From an uncultured Candidatus Micrarchaeota archaeon (lineage in GTDB: Archaea; Micrarchaeota; Micrarchaeia; Burarchaeales; Fermentimicrarchaeaceae), in NCBI GenBank assembly GCA_963760615.1, contig CAVXDX010000008.1, forward strand, positions 128,001-192,000: a DNA stretch of 64,000 nt, written 5' to 3'. Shown in pieces: positions 29,138 through 38,961 of the stretch. The notes under the pieces were generated by a model. That model was given only the letters and a program-made list of their open reading frames with translations, was not told the origin of the DNA and searched no databases. How positions within the stretch are numbered: the first letter of the stretch is position 1; each line of letters begins with the position of its first letter. The position numbers and the translations under genes are program-made.

Positions 29138-29410
29138 TTACTTGTTTGCCCCGTAATCGAACTCTATGAAGAACCCGTAGAGCACTACGAAGATGCTCAC
29201 GATCATAATCACTTGAAAGATGAGTATATCATTCTGGTATTTTGGTGAATTCATGCATTGGTAGCATGGGTTGTTTTCGCTTAATGGTGGAGTTGAAGTT
29301 GTGCAACCGCAGACGAAGTCGTACGCCCTGCTTGCCAGTATGAAGCCGAAAAGGAAGAAGAGGAAGCCGGCAATTGCAATTTTGTACTTCATACGAAGTA
29401 TATTCGTCAA
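29138..29410 (-). CDS. Small two-TM hypothetical protein with a Cys-rich loop
   Basis: Two hydrophobic helices flanking CGC...CYQC; AT-rich. Confidence 0.55.
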   Translation of the reverse strand: MTNILRMKYKIAIAGFLFFLFGFILASRAYDFVCGCTTSTPPLSENNPCYQCMNSPKYQNDILIFQVIMIVSIFVVLYGFFIEFDYGANK

Positions 29411-29417
29411 GCCCGCT

Positions 29418-30329
29418 TTAATACTTTTCTGAATTGGCTTCCCTTGTGGAGTAATAAACCCCTGCGAATATGAGCAAAGCGCCTAGGGCGGAGTATGGGG
29501 CAAGATTCTCACCGCGGAATATGTAGGAGAGAATGATTGAGGAAAGGGGCACAAGATATATGAAGACGGCAGCCTGGGAGGCATCAATCCTCTCAAGCGA
29601 GTAGGACCATGCGAAATAGGCGAAAACCGTGCACGTAACTGCCAGGTAGAGGAACCCTGCCCAGCTGTAAAGCGAGAGCGAGAGGAACTTGGAGGGTGGG
29701 GAGGTTAGTAATGCGATGGGAAGCAGTAGGAGTGTGCCGAATATTGAAGCATACACCACTAGGAAGGCCGCCGAGTGCTTACTAACCGCCTTCTTGCTCA
29801 ACACTGTGTAGGCCGCCCAGCAGCATGTGCTTGCAAGGGAGAGCAAAGAGCCTGCAATGTCATTCATTTTTGTCCCGAAATTCATATCGCCATTCGTTAC
29901 AACCAGGAATGCGCCCAGAAAGGCAATGAATATTGCTGCTATTTTCCTGTTATCCACCCTTTCCTTCAGGAAGAAAGAGGAGAGCAACAGAGTAACCGCT
30001 GGGTTGAATGTTGTCATGAGGGATGCATTGATTGCTGTTGTGAGGTTAACTCCAGAATATTGGAGGATGTAAAGCAGCGCAACGCCAAAGATTCCAAGGG
30101 GAATCAGTGTTCCCAGGTCATCTCTTTCAAGCCGCTCCCCCTTCATATGCAGCCAGAATGCCACTGGCAGGAAGATGAGAGAGACAAGCATGAACCTTCC
30201 TGTTGCTATGAGGATTGGGTCGACATCGGCTGTGAGAAATTTCACAACTACCCAGGAGCTCCCCCAGAAGAAGGCTGCCAAAACAAGCAAGAGGTAGAGG
30301 AATAACTTTCGCACAATGTGATTTTGCAT
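29418..30329 (-). CDS. DMT/EamA family transporter
   Basis: FWGSSWVVVK, P..TLLLSSFFLKE, AAVFIYLVP; 10-TM pattern. Confidence 0.92.
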   Translation of the reverse strand: MQNHIVRKLFLYLLLVLAAFFWGSSWVVVKFLTADVDPILIATGRFMLVSLIFLPVAFWLHMKGERLERDDLGTLIPLGIFGVALLYILQYSGVNLTTAINASLMTTFNPAVTLLLSSFFLKERVDNRKIAAIFIAFLGAFLVVTNGDMNFGTKMNDIAGSLLSLASTCCWAAYTVLSKKAVSKHSAAFLVVYASIFGTLLLLPIALLTSPPSKFLSLSLYSWAGFLYLAVTCTVFAYFAWSYSLERIDASQAAVFIYLVPLSSIILSYIFRGENLAPYSALGALLIFAGVYYSTREANSEKY

Positions 30330-30345
30330 GCAGGTTTTAAAAGGC

Positions 30346-30627
30346 TCAGCCGTAGGTTATGTAGAACGAGCTGAATTCGCCCTTGAATTCATCCCAGGAG
30401 TGCTCAACCCTGTCAACTTTGGAACCTTCAGAGCCTTTCTCGCACCAGGTGAGCAGGGCTTCAAGCGCCTCTTTCTCTCCTTCAGCAAGAATCTCAACAG
30501 AGCCGTCCCTCCTGTTCTTCACCCAGCCGGTCAAACCCAGGTTGGAAGCCTTCTCCTCCGTGCTTGACCTGAAGAATACTCCCTGGACAATTCCGTAAAC
30601 CTGAATATGCAGGCGGGCTTTGGCCAT
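30346..30627 (-). CDS. acyP: Acylphosphatase
   Basis: VYGIVQGVFFR, GWVKNRRDGSVE. Confidence 0.95.
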   Translation of the reverse strand: MAKARLHIQVYGIVQGVFFRSSTEEKASNLGLTGWVKNRRDGSVEILAEGEKEALEALLTWCEKGSEGSKVDRVEHSWDEFKGEFSSFYITYG

Positions 30628-30720
30628 GTTGTTATATTACACAAACTTATTTTTAATTCTGCCACCTCTTCTGTGATATGCTTTATATTTCTTTCTGGAG
30701 AATTCTATTCGGGGGATGTT

Positions 30721-31764
30721 ATGAAGGGTGAGATGAAAGCAGTTATGAAGAAGAAGCCAGGTCCTGGAGCGGAACTTGTAACTGTCCCGATACCTCAGAT
30801 AGGGCCGAGGGATATACTTGCGAAGGTCAAGGCAACTTCAATCTGCGGAACGGATTCTCACATATACGAGTGGAATGCTTGGGCGCAGAGGAGGATAAAA
30901 CCACCAAGGATAATGGGGCATGAGTTCGGAGGGGAGGTTGTTGAAATTGGCAAGGATGTCACCTTTGTTTCAGTTGGCGACCATGTGTCTGCGGAAACGC
31001 ACATTGTGGACAACAAGTGCTTCCAGTGCAGGACTGGCAATGCGCACGTTTGCCAGAACATGAAGATACTGGGGGTGGACACAAACGGCTGTTTCGCCGA
31101 GTATGTTGCAATTCCTGAGGAGAATGCCTGGGTGAATGACAAGAGCCTTCCCCCTGAGATAGCCGCAATACAGGAGCCGTTTGGCAATGCAGTTCACACA
31201 GTCTTCTCTGAGGGTGTTGAAGGGAAGACAGTTGCAATTTTCGGTCTTGGTCCAATAGGGATTTGCGCGGTTGCCATATGCAGGGCAGCCGGGGCGGCCC
31301 ATATATTTGCAGTTGGTAGAAAAAATGAGTACAGGCTGAACCTTGCAAAGAAGATGGGTGCTGACACAGTTATCAAATCAAACGAGCAGGATGCGGTGAA
31401 AATAATAAAGGAGGCGACAGGTGGTTATGGAGTTGATGTTTCGCTTGAGATGGCAGGCAGCCAAGAAGCAATAACACAGTCCCTGAAGGTGCTGAAATTC
31501 GCCGGCAGGCTCTCCGCACTGGGGTTGCCTGACGGGGACATAACACTGAATTGGGCCGATGATGTCGTTTTCAAGGCTGTGAGAATATACGGTATAACTG
31601 GGAGGAGGATGTACGGAACATGGTACACCACTGCCGGTTTGCTGAAGTCCGGCAGGGTGAATGTGGAGCCGATAATAACCCACAAGTTCAAGCTTGAGGA
31701 GTATGACAAGGGGATGCAGCTGATGCGCGAAGGAAAGTGCGGAAAGGTTGTTCTATATCCATAG
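30721..31764 (+). CDS. tdh: L-threonine 3-dehydrogenase
   Basis: ICGTDSHIYEWNAWAQ, GHE, CFQCRTGNAHVC, GLGPIG, GITGRRM; ATG at 30721. Confidence 0.93.
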   Translation: MKGEMKAVMKKKPGPGAELVTVPIPQIGPRDILAKVKATSICGTDSHIYEWNAWAQRRIKPPRIMGHEFGGEVVEIGKDVTFVSVGDHVSAETHIVDNKCFQCRTGNAHVCQNMKILGVDTNGCFAEYVAIPEENAWVNDKSLPPEIAAIQEPFGNAVHTVFSEGVEGKTVAIFGLGPIGICAVAICRAAGAAHIFAVGRKNEYRLNLAKKMGADTVIKSNEQDAVKIIKEATGGYGVDVSLEMAGSQEAITQSLKVLKFAGRLSALGLPDGDITLNWADDVVFKAVRIYGITGRRMYGTWYTTAGLLKSGRVNVEPIITHKFKLEEYDKGMQLMREGKCGKVVLYP

Positions 31765-31775
31765 GAGGTGTATGT

Positions 31776-32951
31776 ATGGGCAGCAGGCTTGGTTTCATAT
31801 CTGCAGAAATTGAGGACATGAAGGCGAAGGGGCTTTTCAAAGTTCCGCCAATTCTTGGCGGGCCTCAGGGAGCCAGGGCGATTGTGAATGGCAAGGAGGT
31901 CATCAACCTTTCTTCCAACAGCTACCTCCAGCTCACAACAAATAAGAAGATGAAGAAGGCTGCAATTGAGGCGCTGAGGAAATACGGAGTTGGCACTGGA
32001 GCTGTGAGGCAGATTATAGGCACAATGAGCATTCACGAGGAGCTTGAGAAGAAAGTTGCGCAGTTCAAAGGCGCTGAGGCAGTGCTGATGTTCTCTTCTG
32101 GAGTTGCTGCAAACAGCGGGACAATCCCCACGCTTGTTGGAGAGGGTGACCTGATAATAAGCGATGAGCTTAACCACGGGAGCATAATTGACGGTTGCAG
32201 GCTGACAAAGGCCGAGAGGAAGATATATCCTCATTTGAACATGGAGGAGCTTGAGAAAATCCTCAAGGAGAGCAAGCACAGGAGGAAGCTCATCATCACT
32301 GATGGAGTATTCAGCATGGACGGGGATATTGCTCCCATGGACAAAATAGTGGAGCTGGCTGAGAAATACGATGCGATAACATATGTTGACGATGCGCACG
32401 GGGAGGGAGTGCTTGGAAAGAACGGCAGAGGCATAGTTGACCACTTCAATCTGCATGGCAGGGTGGACATAGAGATGGGCACATTTTCAAAAGCATTCGG
32501 GTGCATGGGAGGTTATATCGCAGGAACCGATGACCTGAGGAGCTACCTCATACAGAGGGCAAGGTCATTCCTCTTCAGCACATCACATCCTCCTGCGACT
32601 GTGGCGGCAATAAGCGCTGCAATAGATGTGGCTCTTGAGAATCCCAAGCTTTTTGACAGGCTGTGGGGCAACGCCAAGTACTTCAGGAAGAAGCTGCAGA
32701 AGCTGGGCTTCAACACAGGGAACAGCCAAACGCCAATAATACCTGTGATGACAGGAGACAGCGCGCTGGCGCAGCAGCTCTCCAACAAGCTCTTTGAAAA
32801 GGGAGTGTATGTGAACCCGATTGTATACCCAATGGTTGCAATGGACAAAGCAAGAGTCAGAAACATCATAACCGCAGGGCACAAGAGGAAGGATTTGAAT
32901 GCTGCGCTTGCAGCATTTGAGGAAGTTGGGAAGGAACTCAAGCTGATATAA
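31776..32951 (+). CDS. kbl: Glycine C-acetyltransferase (2-amino-3-ketobutyrate CoA ligase)
   Basis: SSNSYL, SDELNHGSIIDG, TDGVFSMDGD, DDAHG, GTFSKA; directly after tdh. Confidence 0.9.
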   Translation: MGSRLGFISAEIEDMKAKGLFKVPPILGGPQGARAIVNGKEVINLSSNSYLQLTTNKKMKKAAIEALRKYGVGTGAVRQIIGTMSIHEELEKKVAQFKGAEAVLMFSSGVAANSGTIPTLVGEGDLIISDELNHGSIIDGCRLTKAERKIYPHLNMEELEKILKESKHRRKLIITDGVFSMDGDIAPMDKIVELAEKYDAITYVDDAHGEGVLGKNGRGIVDHFNLHGRVDIEMGTFSKAFGCMGGYIAGTDDLRSYLIQRARSFLFSTSHPPATVAAISAAIDVALENPKLFDRLWGNAKYFRKKLQKLGFNTGNSQTPIIPVMTGDSALAQQLSNKLFEKGVYVNPIVYPMVAMDKARVRNIITAGHKRKDLNAALAAFEEVGKELKLI

Positions 32952-33013
32952 GAGGCTCAAAAGGTATTTATAAGAAGCCCTAGCATATACTATCTCTGTT
33001 TGAAGGGTTAGCT

Positions 33014-34438
33014 ATGGGTGAAGATGAGGGGGAATACAGCGAGGAGAATGCCGAGAGCTACTATAAGACAGGCAACGAGTATTATGAGAAGGGCAACTTC
33101 GACCTCGCTGTTGAGTACTACAACAAGGCAATTGAAGCAGACCCTATGTTTGACAAGGCGTATTACAACAGAGGACTGGCCTACGCCTGCAAGGAGGAGT
33201 ACGACAAGGCAATTGAGGATATAAACAAGATGATTGAGCTCAAGCCGAATTTTGCAGAGGCCTACTATATACTCGGCTTGGCATACGAGTACAAGAACAT
33301 GCCTGACAAGGCTATTGAGAACTACAACAAAGCTTTAGAGCTCAACCCGGATTTCAAGGATGCCCAAAATAGATTGGAGCTTGCAAAGAGCAAGAAGGAA
33401 AAAGCAAAGGAGGTCACAACAACCGAGCCGGGCACCCTTGCAAAGGTGGAGTTCCTTGAGAAGCCGAAGGTGAACTTCAACGATGTTGCGGGAATGAGTT
33501 ATGCCAAGGAAACTATAAACGAGCAGATTGTCTACCCATTCAAGAATCCCGAGCTTGCCAAGAAGTATGGGAAGACTGCAGGAGGAGGGATAATGTTCTA
33601 CGGTCCCCCAGGATGCGGAAAGACGTTCATGGCAAAGGCAACCGCCGGGCAGTGCGACGTGAATTTCCTACACGCCAGGATAAATGAGATTGTTGACATG
33701 TATGCGGGCAACACTGAGAAGAACCTGCACAGGGTGTTTGAAACTGCCAGGAAGAATTCTCCAGCGGTTGTTTTCTTTGATGAAATGGAGGCGATGGGCG
33801 GGAAGAGGGAGGGGGACATGCAGGGATTCCAGAAGATGGCGATAAACCAGTTCCTGGCTGAGATGGACGGGCTGGAGAGCACCACGGAAAACATACTGGT
33901 AATAGGCGCAACAAACGCCCCCTGGGATGTTGACCCGGCACTCAAAAGATCTGGTAGGTTCGGCAAGACTATATACGTTGGGCTGCCCGACAAGAAATCA
34001 AGGGAGGCGCTGTTCAAGCTATACTGCAAGAAGAGGCCTGTGAAGGGGATATGGTGGGGAAGGCTTGCCAGAGCTACAGAAGGCTATTCAAGTTCTGATG
34101 TGAAGCAGCTCTGCGACGATGCTGCAACAATACCATGGAGGGAGGCCTATGAGGGCAAGAAGGAGAGGCCTATTTTCATGAGGGACTTCATGAAAGCGAT
34201 AAGGAAGAGGAAATCCTCCCTCCCGGAGTGGTTCGGCACAGTGAGGAAGCAGCTTGTGGGGAAGAAGGAGAAGGTTGTGCAGGATGGGAAGGAGCACTGG
34301 GTGGAGCACGAGAGCAAGCTCTCTCCTGAGGAGAAACAGCTGTATCTGGATTTGATAAAGGATGTGCACCAGTACACGGAATGGAGGTACAAGATTCCCA
34401 GAATTATAAAGACTGAATTCGCGAGATGGATTTTCTGA
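33014..34438 (+). CDS. TPR-repeat AAA+ ATPase (classical AAA clade)
   Basis: Three N-terminal TPRs; GPPGCGKT, FFDEME, GATNAPWDVDPALKRSGRF. Confidence 0.92.
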   Translation: MGEDEGEYSEENAESYYKTGNEYYEKGNFDLAVEYYNKAIEADPMFDKAYYNRGLAYACKEEYDKAIEDINKMIELKPNFAEAYYILGLAYEYKNMPDKAIENYNKALELNPDFKDAQNRLELAKSKKEKAKEVTTTEPGTLAKVEFLEKPKVNFNDVAGMSYAKETINEQIVYPFKNPELAKKYGKTAGGGIMFYGPPGCGKTFMAKATAGQCDVNFLHARINEIVDMYAGNTEKNLHRVFETARKNSPAVVFFDEMEAMGGKREGDMQGFQKMAINQFLAEMDGLESTTENILVIGATNAPWDVDPALKRSGRFGKTIYVGLPDKKSREALFKLYCKKRPVKGIWWGRLARATEGYSSSDVKQLCDDAATIPWREAYEGKKERPIFMRDFMKAIRKRKSSLPEWFGTVRKQLVGKKEKVVQDGKEHWVEHESKLSPEEKQLYLDLIKDVHQYTEWRYKIPRIIKTEFARWIF

Positions 34439-34470
34439 TTGACATTTTTAAGCTTTGCATTGCTTAATCT

Positions 34471-35469
34471 ATGCGGGTGTCTGAACTTATGGCAGATGGG
34501 ATTCTACAGGGTTTGGAGCGTATTTTCAAGAGAATTGCCGATAGCGGTGTAATCAAAACTGACAGGGGACCTCTTGCCAGGGTTGAGGTATACCTGGCTC
34601 CATATGTAGATGTGATAAGGGGTGAGCTCACCGCCTCAGAATGGACTTTGCTCGTGGCTCTCTCAGCCATGGTGGGCTTCATTGTGCTCCTGCTCCCAGT
34701 CTACGCTCTAACAAATTCTCCTGCTCTCGCCATCATATTTTCACTTCTGGGTGCGATATTCATAGGGTATGTAGTGGTGACAATTCCCACAATACTGGCC
34801 TCCATGAAAACTGAGAATATGGAGAGGGCAATGCCCCTCTTCCTTTCGCATCTCACGGCGGTTTACTCAGACAGGAAGAACATGAGGGATGCCCTGCTCA
34901 GCATGATGCCAATGGACTATGGGCAGCTTTCATTGGAGCTCAGGGAGTCCATCTCTAATTTTGAAGTGAGTGGCAACCCAAAAACTTCCTTCAGGAGGTT
35001 GAGTAAAACAATACGCTGCAGAAGCATAAACAGGGCATTTGACCTCATAACCAAATCCATAGACAGCGGGATAGATGTATCGGAATCGCTGAGCATACTG
35101 ACAAACAACATCACATCAGACCTGGATGCGGAGGTCGAGAAGAACAGCAGGATAGGCCTTTCCACATGGATGATTCTGCTCTCCTCATCACTATTCTACC
35201 CACTCTTTGCTGGGATGGGGTATAACATCACCCTCATACTGGAGGGGCTTATAGGGAGCCCACTCTACTCTGCTGTAGACAAGCAGCTCCTGCTCTTCAG
35301 CCTGCTCGTCTATATGCTTCTCGCGAATGCACTGGACTCAATGTTTATAGGGCAGGTGAGATACGGCTCGGTGAAGAGGGGGTTGATAATGGTTTTCCCC
35401 CTAATGCTACTCATATCAACTGTTGTGTTCACGGTTTCAATGAAGCTGGCCGGGATATTTGTGGGGTGA
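34471..35469 (+). CDS. Type II secretion system F-domain (TadC-like) membrane platform protein
   Basis: TM pair, then MERAMPLFLSHL...RAFDLITKSIDSG..VSESL T2SSF-like domain, then 3 TMs. Confidence 0.75.
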   Translation: MRVSELMADGILQGLERIFKRIADSGVIKTDRGPLARVEVYLAPYVDVIRGELTASEWTLLVALSAMVGFIVLLLPVYALTNSPALAIIFSLLGAIFIGYVVVTIPTILASMKTENMERAMPLFLSHLTAVYSDRKNMRDALLSMMPMDYGQLSLELRESISNFEVSGNPKTSFRRLSKTIRCRSINRAFDLITKSIDSGIDVSESLSILTNNITSDLDAEVEKNSRIGLSTWMILLSSSLFYPLFAGMGYNITLILEGLIGSPLYSAVDKQLLLFSLLVYMLLANALDSMFIGQVRYGSVKRGLIMVFPLMLLISTVVFTVSMKLAGIFVG

Positions 35470-35473
35470 TAGT

Positions 35474-35752
35474 ATGGCATGCATATCGGTTGAACTTGCA
35501 ATTGCGATGCTGCTCTTCGCGGGAGCTGTAATACTGTTCAGGGAATACCAGAGCAGGAGGACCATCAAGCTGCTTGGGGATGAGAGCGATGAGCTCAGAA
35601 ACTCTATATATGCCTTGCAGACTGAAGAAAAGAACTTCAGGGAGAAGGACTTCAGGAAGCTGCTGGCTGATTTCAACAAAATTAAGGATAAGCTAGATGA
35701 GTATGAGAGTGAGAATGTGAAGTTGAAGAAGCTACTTGAGAAGAAAAAATGA
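35474..35752 (+). CDS. Small membrane-anchored coiled-coil protein
   Basis: N-terminal TM followed by an E/K heptad region. Confidence 0.7.
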   Translation: MACISVELAIAMLLFAGAVILFREYQSRRTIKLLGDESDELRNSIYALQTEEKNFREKDFRKLLADFNKIKDKLDEYESENVKLKKLLEKKK

Positions 35753-36079
35753 GGTGCTCATCCCATTCGCAGGGTCGGTTATGTTCGCCTCAGCTGGAAA
35801 TTTTTGCAGGTCTATGCCTACCTTCAAGCCATACGTGCTGGAGAGTTCTCTCTCCACGGTGTCGGCCCACTGGTTTCTGTGGCTCTCGTCCACTTTTTTG
35901 TAGCTCTTGATTAGCACGTTCCTTGCAATGGCAATTCTGTCCGAACGTATCTCTGAAGCAACCATGGAGGAGTATCCATTGCTTGCAATGCGCGGAGAGT
36001 TTAAGCCGAGCAGGAGCACGAAGCCTAGCATGAATACAGAAAGCATGAGCAGCCCTGCAAATCCTCTTCTCATTTCCAT
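35732..36079 (-). CDS. Prepilin-like protein (class III signal peptide)
   Basis: MEMRRG|FAGLLMLSVF. Confidence 0.65.
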   Translation of the reverse strand: MEMRRGFAGLLMLSVFMLGFVLLLGLNSPRIASNGYSSMVASEIRSDRIAIARNVLIKSYKKVDESHRNQWADTVERELSSTYGLKVGIDLQKFPAEANITDPANGMSTSFFLLK

Positions 36080-36506
36080 AGGCTCACTCTCACAAGCCTG
36101 TTTTCCGCACCCCTCTTCAGAGGCATAACCAGCAGGAATTGCTCCCTGCGCGTTAAGGGGGAGCTGCTCATCTCAACAGAGAACTGGCTGGAGCCGTCCA
36201 CCTGGACGTCAATCCTGCTGACTCCGGCAATGCGCCCGTAGTTGTAGAGCCTCTCGCGAAGGTAGTTCATCTCGCTCGGGGATAGATAGCCCTTGACTTC
36301 AAGCCCTTTCTGAATCGTTCCGTATATCATCTCGTCATCGTAGAACGCATTCACAATATCATAGCCTGCTCTTTCCAGAGCCAAGTCTCCTGTTGGGTGC
36401 CTGCTCTGGGCCAAGCTGCAAAAAGCACGTAGGACAACATGATTGCAAGCAGGAGGGAGAGGGCGCCGTCCAGAACCATCACCTGCGCTTTCCCAAGCCT
36501 AGGCAT
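36070..36506 (-). CDS. Prepilin-like protein, frameshift at a 5-nt homopolymer (36420-36424)
   Basis: MPRLGKA|QVMVLDGALSLLL joins the ORF-track frame if one T is added in the run. Confidence 0.65.
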
Positions 36507-37782
36507 AATTCACCACCAGCTTATAGTGGAAGTTTCCCTGCACATTGCGGAAGAGGAGGCTGTTTGTGCCATGCCTTAAGTAAGCGGATACGTCCTCCAC
36601 TGCAAAAGCAGAGTGGGAGGACTGGTCGTTAAGCTGAGTGCTGAGGATGTCTCCGACAGGTTCGGAGTTGGCTGAGGGAGCGTAGTAGTTTATTGTGAGC
36701 GTCGCATCCCCTCCAGAAAGATAGTATCCTTGAGAGTTAGCTGGAGATCCCTCGCATGATACGGTATAAGGCATTGAAATGCTTATTGTGTTCATCCCGG
36801 GCTTTACCATATCGATGGAAACAGGAGGGTTTTTGGCACCATTCACGTATACATCCATTGAGCCAGCTATTGAATTCCTGAGGTAGTTTGCATTGGTTAT
36901 GATGCTGTTTGGAGGGATTTCAACGGTGCCTTGCTGGGAGGAGAAAGTTGATGATTTCACCTGAAGCACAAACACATCCGGAGCGGGATTTATACATTCA
37001 TAACTTTGCTGAAGGTAGTAGGATGCCTGCGCCCCTGCAGTCTTGTCCTCATAGCGATGCGCATCTTCTATCTCAAGCACCGCAGAGTATATCACTGCGT
37101 CATCGGGCAGCGAGAATATCTCCTCGTAGTCCAGGCCCCTTGGTGCAACAACATCTTTCTCTATGTTGAATGTTTTCATTATTCCATTTGAAGGCGGTCT
37201 GGCATCAAGAACCGTGAAGTTGGTTCTAACAAGGACGGACTGGTTGGTATCTGGGTTTATCAATGTGTTGCCGTTATCATCCTGGGCAACTGCACTCACG
37301 TTGTAAACGCCGGGGCTGGCGGGAATGAAAGTTGCAGTGAGCGTGCGGGATGCAATTACTGTCACGTTATCCTCCTCCGAAGGCGAAAGGGGAATATTAT
37401 TTCCTGAGGAGTTCACAATCCATATCACAAGCTTCGGCACCTTCATTGGGTCTGGGTAGTTGTTCCATGCATTGAGCTGTATGACGGCTGGCTGGTTGAG
37501 GAAGTAGGGCTCGTTCTTAATCAGCTCGAGAGAAAGCAGGCTGGCGTCAGTGTAGTTTCCAAACCCACCTGAAACTGGATAGAAGCCAGTTGCGAAGCTC
37601 TCGTTGCTTAGGTAGTTGAGCATTGAGTTTGATGCATTCCCAACTCCGCTCTGCGCTGCCGAGTACGCTCCCTGCTGCATCTTCATTATCTCTGACAAGC
37701 TCATCACCCCTGCCAGCACCACAAGCACAACGGCAGAAAGTATGAGAAGGAATTCAATCGAAGTCTGTGCTCTCACGGCCAT
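36499..37782 (-). CDS. Large minor pilin/adhesin-like protein (class III signal peptide)
   Basis: MAVRA|QTSIEFLLILSAVV (E+5); beta-rich, sequon-rich body. Confidence 0.8.
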   Translation of the reverse strand: MAVRAQTSIEFLLILSAVVLVVLAGVMSLSEIMKMQQGAYSAAQSGVGNASNSMLNYLSNESFATGFYPVSGGFGNYTDASLLSLELIKNEPYFLNQPAVIQLNAWNNYPDPMKVPKLVIWIVNSSGNNIPLSPSEEDNVTVIASRTLTATFIPASPGVYNVSAVAQDDNGNTLINPDTNQSVLVRTNFTVLDARPPSNGIMKTFNIEKDVVAPRGLDYEEIFSLPDDAVIYSAVLEIEDAHRYEDKTAGAQASYYLQQSYECINPAPDVFVLQVKSSTFSSQQGTVEIPPNSIITNANYLRNSIAGSMDVYVNGAKNPPVSIDMVKPGMNTISISMPYTVSCEGSPANSQGYYLSGGDATLTINYYAPSANSEPVGDILSTQLNDQSSHSAFAVEDVSAYLRHGTNSLLFRNVQGNFHYKLVVNYA

Positions 37783-38135
37783 ACCTTCACCTCCATCTGA
37801 GAAGGCTGCCCCTTCACAAAAACCAGCCTCCTCACAGAATAAACATTAACATTGTCCGGCGCAGACCTGCCGAAATGCATGCCGCCGACTGTCAGCTCGA
37901 CATTGTCTCGTATTGTGGAGTTGAGCTTTGCCAGGTCTACATTGCCACTGGAGTCAGTGTACTTCTTGACTATAGAATCCGCAATGTTGTCCGCAATAAA
38001 GTACATCCTCTCGTCAATTATATCGGAATTGGTCCTTCTGTTCAGCATGAAAAATGATGAGAAAAGCAGTATGGAGGCCAGAAAAGCCATGAGCAGCGAA
38101 AGCACCTCCTCTGCAAAAATTATCTGCCCTCTCAT
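37773..38135 (-). CDS. Prepilin-like protein
   Basis: MRG|QIIFAEEVLSLL. Confidence 0.72.
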   Translation of the reverse strand: MRGQIIFAEEVLSLLMAFLASILLFSSFFMLNRRTNSDIIDERMYFIADNIADSIVKKYTDSSGNVDLAKLNSTIRDNVELTVGGMHFGRSAPDNVNVYSVRRLVFVKGQPSQMEVKVWP

Positions 38136-38560
38136 GCGCTCTCCTCCATCCTCAGGAGCTTCCCCCCATCAGTCTGTTGTATTGATATCTGCAGGTTATC
38201 AAGAGGCAGGCTTGCAGCGATGCTTACCGGGGCGTAGCCATCGGGCGAAACAACCACCCAGTTGGAGCGGAAGCTCACGTTGTAATCCACCTCTTTTGAG
38301 AAGCCCAAGCTTCGTATCCTGCCTGGAAGAATCAACGAGATTGAGCAGCCTCTACCGCTGCAGAGGTTTCTGTGCATAAGGTCTGCGGAGTTGGCTATTC
38401 TCTGCGCGAGCATGAGGGAAGCGATGCGTATCTGGCTGCCCTCCTCGCTGTTTCTGATATGCGTTGCGAAGATGAGAGAGGCAAGGAAAAGCAGAAGGAC
38501 TGCTGAGATGGCCGCATAGAACTCTATGGATATCTGACCTCTAGTAAATGAATTCGACAA
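38132..38560 (-). CDS. Prepilin-like protein
   Basis: TRG|QISIEFYAAISAV (E+5). Confidence 0.8.
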   Translation of the reverse strand: MSNSFTRGQISIEFYAAISAVLLLFLASLIFATHIRNSEEGSQIRIASLMLAQRIANSADLMHRNLCSGRGCSISLILPGRIRSLGFSKEVDYNVSFRSNWVVVSPDGYAPVSIAASLPLDNLQISIQQTDGGKLLRMEESA

Positions 38561-38957
38561 TTACCTCACCTGCTTTTCTGCAGTACATCCTCGCGACATG
38601 CTTACCCTTTGAGAGGGTGAAGTTGCTTGGGAAAATTGACAGCTTGTATGGATTTAGCCTGCTGAAGTTCATCCCTCTGAATGTGAAAGTGGAGAGATAG
38701 TTGCCATCGGCGAGTCGGCTCTGATGGTATGCAGTCAAATCTTCAGGTATGTCTACCTGCACTATTCTCTGCGAGCCCTCGCTCAGCACATCGGCATTGC
38801 CGTAGATTGACTGAAGAGAATCCGCGAACCTTGCTGTTGAGATGGAGGGGCCTACGCTGCCTAGGCCGCTGCGCATTGAGTAAAGAGTGAAAATGAGAAG
38901 AGTTACGCCTATTGCAGAGATGAGAAGAAATTCTGCACTTGTTTGTCCCCTCAACAT
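38541..38957 (-). CDS. Prepilin-like protein
   Basis: MLRG|QTSAEFLLISAIG (E+5); ATG at 38957. Confidence 0.8.
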   Translation of the reverse strand: MLRGQTSAEFLLISAIGVTLLIFTLYSMRSGLGSVGPSISTARFADSLQSIYGNADVLSEGSQRIVQVDIPEDLTAYHQSRLADGNYLSTFTFRGMNFSRLNPYKLSIFPSNFTLSKGKHVARMYCRKAGEVIVEFIY

Positions 38958-38961
38958 GAAA

